In this document: in pieces, positions 15,057 to 19,329 of the stretch | Layout: every line of letters starts with the position of its first letter | Numbering within the stretch: the stretch's first letter is position 1 | DNA from: Candidatus Thorarchaeota archaeon | GTDB taxonomy: Archaea > Asgardarchaeota > Thorarchaeia > Thorarchaeales > Thorarchaeaceae | DNA length: 19,329 nt | Direction of reading: 5' to 3' | Assembly: GCA_048882485.1 (NCBI GenBank) | Contig: JBHLRP010000033.1 | Coordinates: forward strand, 14,764-34,092 | The notes under the pieces: generated by a model | Databases searched by the model: none | The model's input: the letters and a program-made list of their open reading frames with translations, nothing else | What the model was told of the DNA's origin: nothing | Made by a program: the position numbers and the translations under genes

Positions 15057-16889
15057 TTGTGCGGAATAACCGGCATTGTTAGCATGAATCGCAATAACAT
15101 CGGCGAAATTCTGGTCGAGTGCAGCAGAAAATTAACCTATCGAGGATACGACTCTGTGGGCCTCGCGGCAGTCCACAATGGCAAAGTAGAGCTAAGAAAG
15201 GATGTTGGCACAATTGACGAGGTCAACAGACTCCTCAACCTATCAAAGATGCTAGGAGATCGGGGGATCTCTCAGCTCAGATGGGCAACCTATGGTGCTC
15301 CTACGAAGATTAATGCCCAGCCGCATTTTGCATGTGACAATATTCTGTTTGGAGCACATAATGGCAACCTTCACAACTACGTTGAGTATCGACAAGAGCT
15401 GGTTGATACTGGACATGTCGTTCGATCTGAGAATGACGGTGAGCTGTGTGTTCATGCTGTCGATAAATACTATGAGCAAACCGGGGACATGTTTGAAGCT
15501 GTGCGCCTATCCGTAAACGATCTCAAGGGTGCATATGCGTATGCAGTTGGACGGGCTGACTTACGTGAGATTTATGCCGTGAAGATGGGTTCATCTCTTG
15601 TTGCTGGAATAGCAGAGAAGGATACTATTGTTTCAAGTGATCTGCCGTCAGTCCTTCCACTCACGAATAACGTTGTATATCTTCAGGACGGGGAAATGCT
15701 TAGGTTGACGCCCAATGATGTTGAAGTCTTTAGAATCAAGGACGGAAAACGTCTAGCTAGAAAACCTGAGATGAGCACCGTTGACGCACGAGCGGCGGAG
15801 AAGGGTGGATATCCTCACTTCATGCTCAAGGAAATCAATGAACAGCCCAAGGTGGCAGAAGATGTAATAGGGGTTCTGCAAGGGTCTCAAACCGATCAAT
15901 GGCTCAGAATGATTGAAGAAGCCTCCAGACACTATCTGATTGCTTGTGGAACCTCCTATCATGCTGGAATAGTGGGAGCTTACTATTTCAACAAGTATGC
16001 CGGGATTCCCTTGATTCCTGCAATTGGTGGACAATTCATTCCCATGTATGGAAACACTATGACTGATGATTGCCTGTCCGTCTTGGTATCTCAATCAGGG
16101 GAAACCAAGGATATCATCAACGTACTTAATCTAACCAAAGAGAGCAATGTGGGGAAAACTCTTGGTATTGTAAATGTTATCGGAAGCACTTTGATGTTTG
16201 GAGCCAATGCCTACATCCCCATGGCTTGTGGCTATGAGGTTAGTGTTCCTGCAACCAAAACATACTACTCGCAGAATATCATCTTTGCATTTCTTGCTAC
16301 ACGTCTTGGTGAAAGAAACGGAACTCTAGATCCTTCTGAAGCCAAAGCTTACATCAGCACCCTATCCAACGACCTGCCTCGTGTTACCCAAGACACTATA
16401 AACCGGACCAGTATCCAGGCAAAAGACCTTGCACGGACTTTGGTTGATGTCAAAGACCTGTATTGCCTGGGATATGGTTTTACAGATGGTGTAGCTCGGG
16501 AAGGCGCGCTGAAGATAAAGGAGATTGTGTATAATCACTGTGAGGGAATGTATTCGAGCGAGTTCAAACACGGACCGCTGAGCATTGTTCAGGATAGATA
16601 TCCTGTGATTTTCGTTACAACTCGTGAGGACAGCTGGATGGTGATTAATCACTTGAGTGAAGTTCGGGTTCGAGGAGGACGAACCATCATTGTTGGTGAA
16701 TATGAGGATAAGCTTCGACACTACGTTGATTCAGATTTTGATTATATGGTGGTTCCGAAATCCAATCTTTTTCTAAATCCAATTCTTGATGTGATTCCAC
16801 TACAGCTACTGAGCTACTTCCTATCTGTTGATTTGGGAATCAATCCTGATTTACCTAGGAATCTGTCAAAGACACTTACAGTTGACTAG
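15057..16889 (+). CDS. glmS: Glutamine--fructose-6-phosphate aminotransferase (isomerizing), divergent
   Basis: TTG 15057 directly precedes the N-terminal nucleophile CGITG. Motifs YRGYDSVG, RWAT, HNG, HFMLKEI.EQP, ACGTSYHAG, SQSGET, EGALKIKEI, KHGP and C-terminal PRNLSKTLTVD. Confidence 0.93.
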   Translation: MCGITGIVSMNRNNIGEILVECSRKLTYRGYDSVGLAAVHNGKVELRKDVGTIDEVNRLLNLSKMLGDRGISQLRWATYGAPTKINAQPHFACDNILFGAHNGNLHNYVEYRQELVDTGHVVRSENDGELCVHAVDKYYEQTGDMFEAVRLSVNDLKGAYAYAVGRADLREIYAVKMGSSLVAGIAEKDTIVSSDLPSVLPLTNNVVYLQDGEMLRLTPNDVEVFRIKDGKRLARKPEMSTVDARAAEKGGYPHFMLKEINEQPKVAEDVIGVLQGSQTDQWLRMIEEASRHYLIACGTSYHAGIVGAYYFNKYAGIPLIPAIGGQFIPMYGNTMTDDCLSVLVSQSGETKDIINVLNLTKESNVGKTLGIVNVIGSTLMFGANAYIPMACGYEVSVPATKTYYSQNIIFAFLATRLGERNGTLDPSEAKAYISTLSNDLPRVTQDTINRTSIQAKDLARTLVDVKDLYCLGYGFTDGVAREGALKIKEIVYNHCEGMYSSEFKHGPLSIVQDRYPVIFVTTREDSWMVINHLSEVRVRGGRTIIVGEYEDKLRHYVDSDFDYMVVPKSNLFLNPILDVIPLQLLSYFLSVDLGINPDLPRNLSKTLTVD

Positions 16890-17272
16890 TCCTTGTCGCC
16901 CGTTTCACCAATTCTAATGGCTCTCATCTCAGAAGAAATAACATTTCCCGCATCGAAGCCCTCACGAATGTTGACGACTTCATCATCATCGATTTCAAAT
17001 ACGCCGATGAGCTGAGTTTCATCACCTAGAGCCCACTGTCCATAAATCAGCTTATTCTCAGTAGTCTCACACTCTAGCAGGCCCATTGTGCCTGTGCTGG
17101 ACCACCAGCTTAGACACTTCCCTTGGTATCCCATTTGAAGTATCAATTCGTCCCACAGCTTTCCCAGCTTTGTCGGTCCATGCTTATTTCTAAATGTGAT
17201 TAGAATATGCCCTTGCTTGTCTTTCAGTTCTTCGTTGATCGAGTGCATCTCTCTATCTGTAAACAGTGGCAT
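16886..17272 (-). CDS. Hypothetical protein (128 aa, soluble, acidic)
   Basis: ATG-started ORF that fills the gap between glmS and the rimK-like gene, with a 4-nt stop overlap with glmS. No recognisable motif. Confidence 0.7.
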   Translation of the reverse strand: MPLFTDREMHSINEELKDKQGHILITFRNKHGPTKLGKLWDELILQMGYQGKCLSWWSSTGTMGLLECETTENKLIYGQWALGDETQLIGVFEIDDDEVVNIREGFDAGNVISSEMRAIRIGETGDKD

Positions 17273-17361
17273 CTACCTTCATTCTACTCAAATCTTAATG
17301 AGTTAAAAGCCCCTCGCTATGGATATAAGCTCCAATAGTCTATACCGGATTGGTCTTAATT

Positions 17362-18261
17362 ATGAATAAGGAGCGGCTCTCACGAATTGGACTCTTCTCA
17401 TCAGACCCTTGGTCATCGAGAGTTCAAGGTCTAGAGAATGCTCTCCATAATCTCAAGGTGAACTCGCTGCGAGTGATACCTTGGAAGGTTGCCCGAATTG
17501 GCTCGACAGATGAACATCGAATCGTTTCAGAAGGCGTGGACCTGACTGAGCTTGATTTGCTGCTAGTTCTCGATTTGGGGGCAAATGATATAGGCGCTTT
17601 CTTTAATCGAGTAGGGCTTTTGTCTGCACTTGCTGAGCTTGGTGTTACGATTGTGAATTCGGTCTCCTCAATTTTGCTGATGCGGAACAAGGCTGAAACG
17701 ATGAGAAAACTTGTGTCAGCGAAGTTGCCAGTTCCTCGAACACTGATCACTGAGTCTATGGATGATGCCGCAGCTTTCGTGCAGGAGAATTTCCCTTGTG
17801 TTCTCAAACCCATAACTGGATTTGGTGGTCTTGGAGTCCAATTGATAGAGAAGGACTTCGACCTGGAGAATATCTATGACTATCTCAAGTTCCACAGTCA
17901 GATGTTTGGTAAAGGTGCTTTTCTTCTTCAGGAGTATATACGCGGATCGGGGTTCGACATACGCGCGTTCGTTCTCGACGGAAATGTCGTTGCTACCATG
18001 CAAAGAGTAAGTGAAGGTGACTTGGTTACCAATATTCATTCAGGCGGAACGCCACGTTTGAACGATATCGATGTCACGGATCTTGCACTTCGAGCAGCAG
18101 ATGCAGTTAGGGGCAGAATGGTCGGAGTGGACATCATTCCCGACCAAGGTGGCAATCTATGGGTCCTAGAAGTCAATGCGACGCCAGGCTGGACTGCCCT
18201 CCAACGGGTCACAAGCTTGAACATTGCAGAGAAAGTCGCTGATGCCATCTCTGAGGCATAG
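17362..18261 (+). CDS. RimK/LysX-family ATP-grasp alpha-L-glutamate ligase (possibly MptN/CofF-like)
   Basis: NK..T, PVPRT, VLKP..G.GG.GV, LLQEYI, DIRAFV, TNIHSGG, GVDII and LEVNATPG motifs. Start ATG 17362 (ORF open from 17350). Confidence 0.92.
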   Translation: MNKERLSRIGLFSSDPWSSRVQGLENALHNLKVNSLRVIPWKVARIGSTDEHRIVSEGVDLTELDLLLVLDLGANDIGAFFNRVGLLSALAELGVTIVNSVSSILLMRNKAETMRKLVSAKLPVPRTLITESMDDAAAFVQENFPCVLKPITGFGGLGVQLIEKDFDLENIYDYLKFHSQMFGKGAFLLQEYIRGSGFDIRAFVLDGNVVATMQRVSEGDLVTNIHSGGTPRLNDIDVTDLALRAADAVRGRMVGVDIIPDQGGNLWVLEVNATPGWTALQRVTSLNIAEKVADAISEA

Positions 18262-18418
18262 AAAACACTTCAGGAATTGACCCAACCCAAAGTATTTAAG
18301 AGAGTCTCCTGAGCCCCCAAAAACAGAGCCACCTCTATGCGCCGAAGCGTGTGTTAGGGGTTACGGAATCCGCCCTGTTGAACAGGGATAGCAAAACGAA
18401 ATTCTGAGGCTAGAAGAC

Positions 18419-19329
18419 TTGACAGAGGCAGCCGATGCAAAGCCAGAGGACATTGAGTTCCTTCGAGCAAGATTAAGGGAGCTCAAGATACAAGCTCGCG
18501 AAGACCTAGAGGTCCTGAGAAGGGACAGAGACCAGATGCGGCAATACAAAGCCGTTCGCGATGAACACAACAAGGAAGTCCGTAGTCTTATTGAATCTGT
18601 GAAGGCAGAACGCGAAGAGCGTGACCGAATCAATAAGGAGATTTCCGAGGCTAAAGATCGAAGGTCCGCAATACACGCGCAATTGAAATCGGTCTATGAG
18701 GAGATTCGAGAGCTCAGGAGCAATATTGTTGGAAGCCCATCGACTGACCAGCGGCGAATGATGCGAAGAGTCGAAGAGCTAGAATGGCGGCAGCAAACTG
18801 AGCAGCTTTCAATGGATGAGGAACGCTCAATCGTCGAGGAGATTGCCAAGATTGAAGCCAAGCTAGTAAAGATTGGGCAAGAGAAGGAGAAACAGGATAG
18901 GATCCACGAGCAACGCAGATTGGCTCGAAGACTAAAGGAGGAGGCTTCAGAAGCCCATCAAAGAGTTCTGAAGCTATCTGAGCAGTCTCAAATCCATCAT
19001 CAAGAAGTTGTCAGAATTCGGCCACAACTGGAGGAATTCAAGCGGTCCGCTGATACAGCGCATCAGAATTTTGTGGAGTGGCTCAAGAAGGTGAAAGACG
19101 GAGAAACCAAGCTCAAAGAAGTACGGACTGAGATTGACGAGATTTATGGCAAAATCAGAAAGTTCGAATCAGAACGTCGTGACACCGCTGAAACCGAACG
19201 CAGAGAAGAAAAGAAGTTTCATGAGCAGGAACGTGTCGATGCCGCAGTTGAGAAGATGCAATCAGGGGGGCGGCTCACATTTGATGAATTCATACTAGCA
19301 CAGCGAAGCGTGACTGATGACAAACGTGG
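18419..19329 (+). CDS. Archaeal coiled-coil protein (COG1340-like), 3'-truncated; absent from the ORF track
   Basis: Open frame from TTG 18419 to the window end: LTEAADAKPEDIEFLRARLRELK...RDEHNKEV...LEWRQQTEQLSMDEERSIVEEI...EKMQSGGRLTFDEF. Heptad-rich, with the LEW.QQT..L...EE and G.RLT.DE signatures. Confidence 0.85.
   Translation, partial: MTEAADAKPEDIEFLRARLRELKIQAREDLEVLRRDRDQMRQYKAVRDEHNKEVRSLIESVKAEREERDRINKEISEAKDRRSAIHAQLKSVYEEIRELRSNIVGSPSTDQRRMMRRVEELEWRQQTEQLSMDEERSIVEEIAKIEAKLVKIGQEKEKQDRIHEQRRLARRLKEEASEAHQRVLKLSEQSQIHHQEVVRIRPQLEEFKRSADTAHQNFVEWLKKVKDGETKLKEVRTEIDEIYGKIRKFESERRDTAETERREEKKFHEQERVDAAVEKMQSGGRLTFDEFILAQRSVTDDKR

Noticed and set aside
17362-18261. ATP-grasp ligase as a RiPP (graspetide) or LysX/LysW system
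   Set aside because: No precursor peptide with repeated core motifs and no LysW-like carrier nearby. An ordinary RimK/MptN/CofF-type role is simpler.
385-18633. Antisense or alternative-frame ORFs in the track (e.g. 1499-2101, 4668-5045, 7079-7432, 7714-8229, 9070-9438, 10895-11254, 11810-12238, 17424-17813, 18361-18633)
   Set aside because: They overlap well-supported genes, mostly as antisense shadows, and carry no recognisable motifs.
1-19329. CRISPR array, tRNA or rRNA
   Set aside because: No regularly spaced repeats or cloverleaf/T-loop consensus were seen, and all intergenic gaps are under about 170 bp.

Overview
Gene-dense archaeal chromosomal window. It is most likely from an Asgard archaeon (Thorarchaeia-like; inferred from the Roadblock/LC7 genes, the DUF99 and COG1340-type genes, archaeal TATA/SD signals and N-glycosylation sequons). 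It holds about 20 CDS, two of them truncated by the window edges. In order: the C-terminal part of a TaqI/Eco57I-type R-M protein, a DUF2085 membrane protein, a DegT aminotransferase, a SerB-like HAD phosphatase, a cytoplasmic gingipain (C25, clan CD)-like cysteine peptidase, a small membrane protein, an AlkA-like glycosylase, an ABC-2 permease, a CPBP/Rce1-type intramembrane protease, a membrane-anchored S8 protease, a single Roadblock protein, a DUF99 nuclease, an HD nucleotidase, a BMP-family binding protein, a tandem Roadblock protein, a double wHTH regulator, a divergent GlmS, a hypothetical protein, a RimK-type ATP-grasp ligase and a COG1340-like coiled-coil protein. The top candidate for new biology is the S8 protease. 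Its architecture resembles eukaryotic Site-1 protease (MBTPS1/SKI-1: S8 + linker + GIFT-like domain), it has no prodomain, and it sits head-to-head with the intramembrane protease. Other candidates are the caspase-fold C25 peptidase that lacks a signal peptide, the fused Roadblock pair, GlmS with an altered glutamine pocket, and structured intergenic elements. No rRNA, tRNA, CRISPR array or mobile element was recognised. All family calls come from motif recognition by eye; no searches were run.
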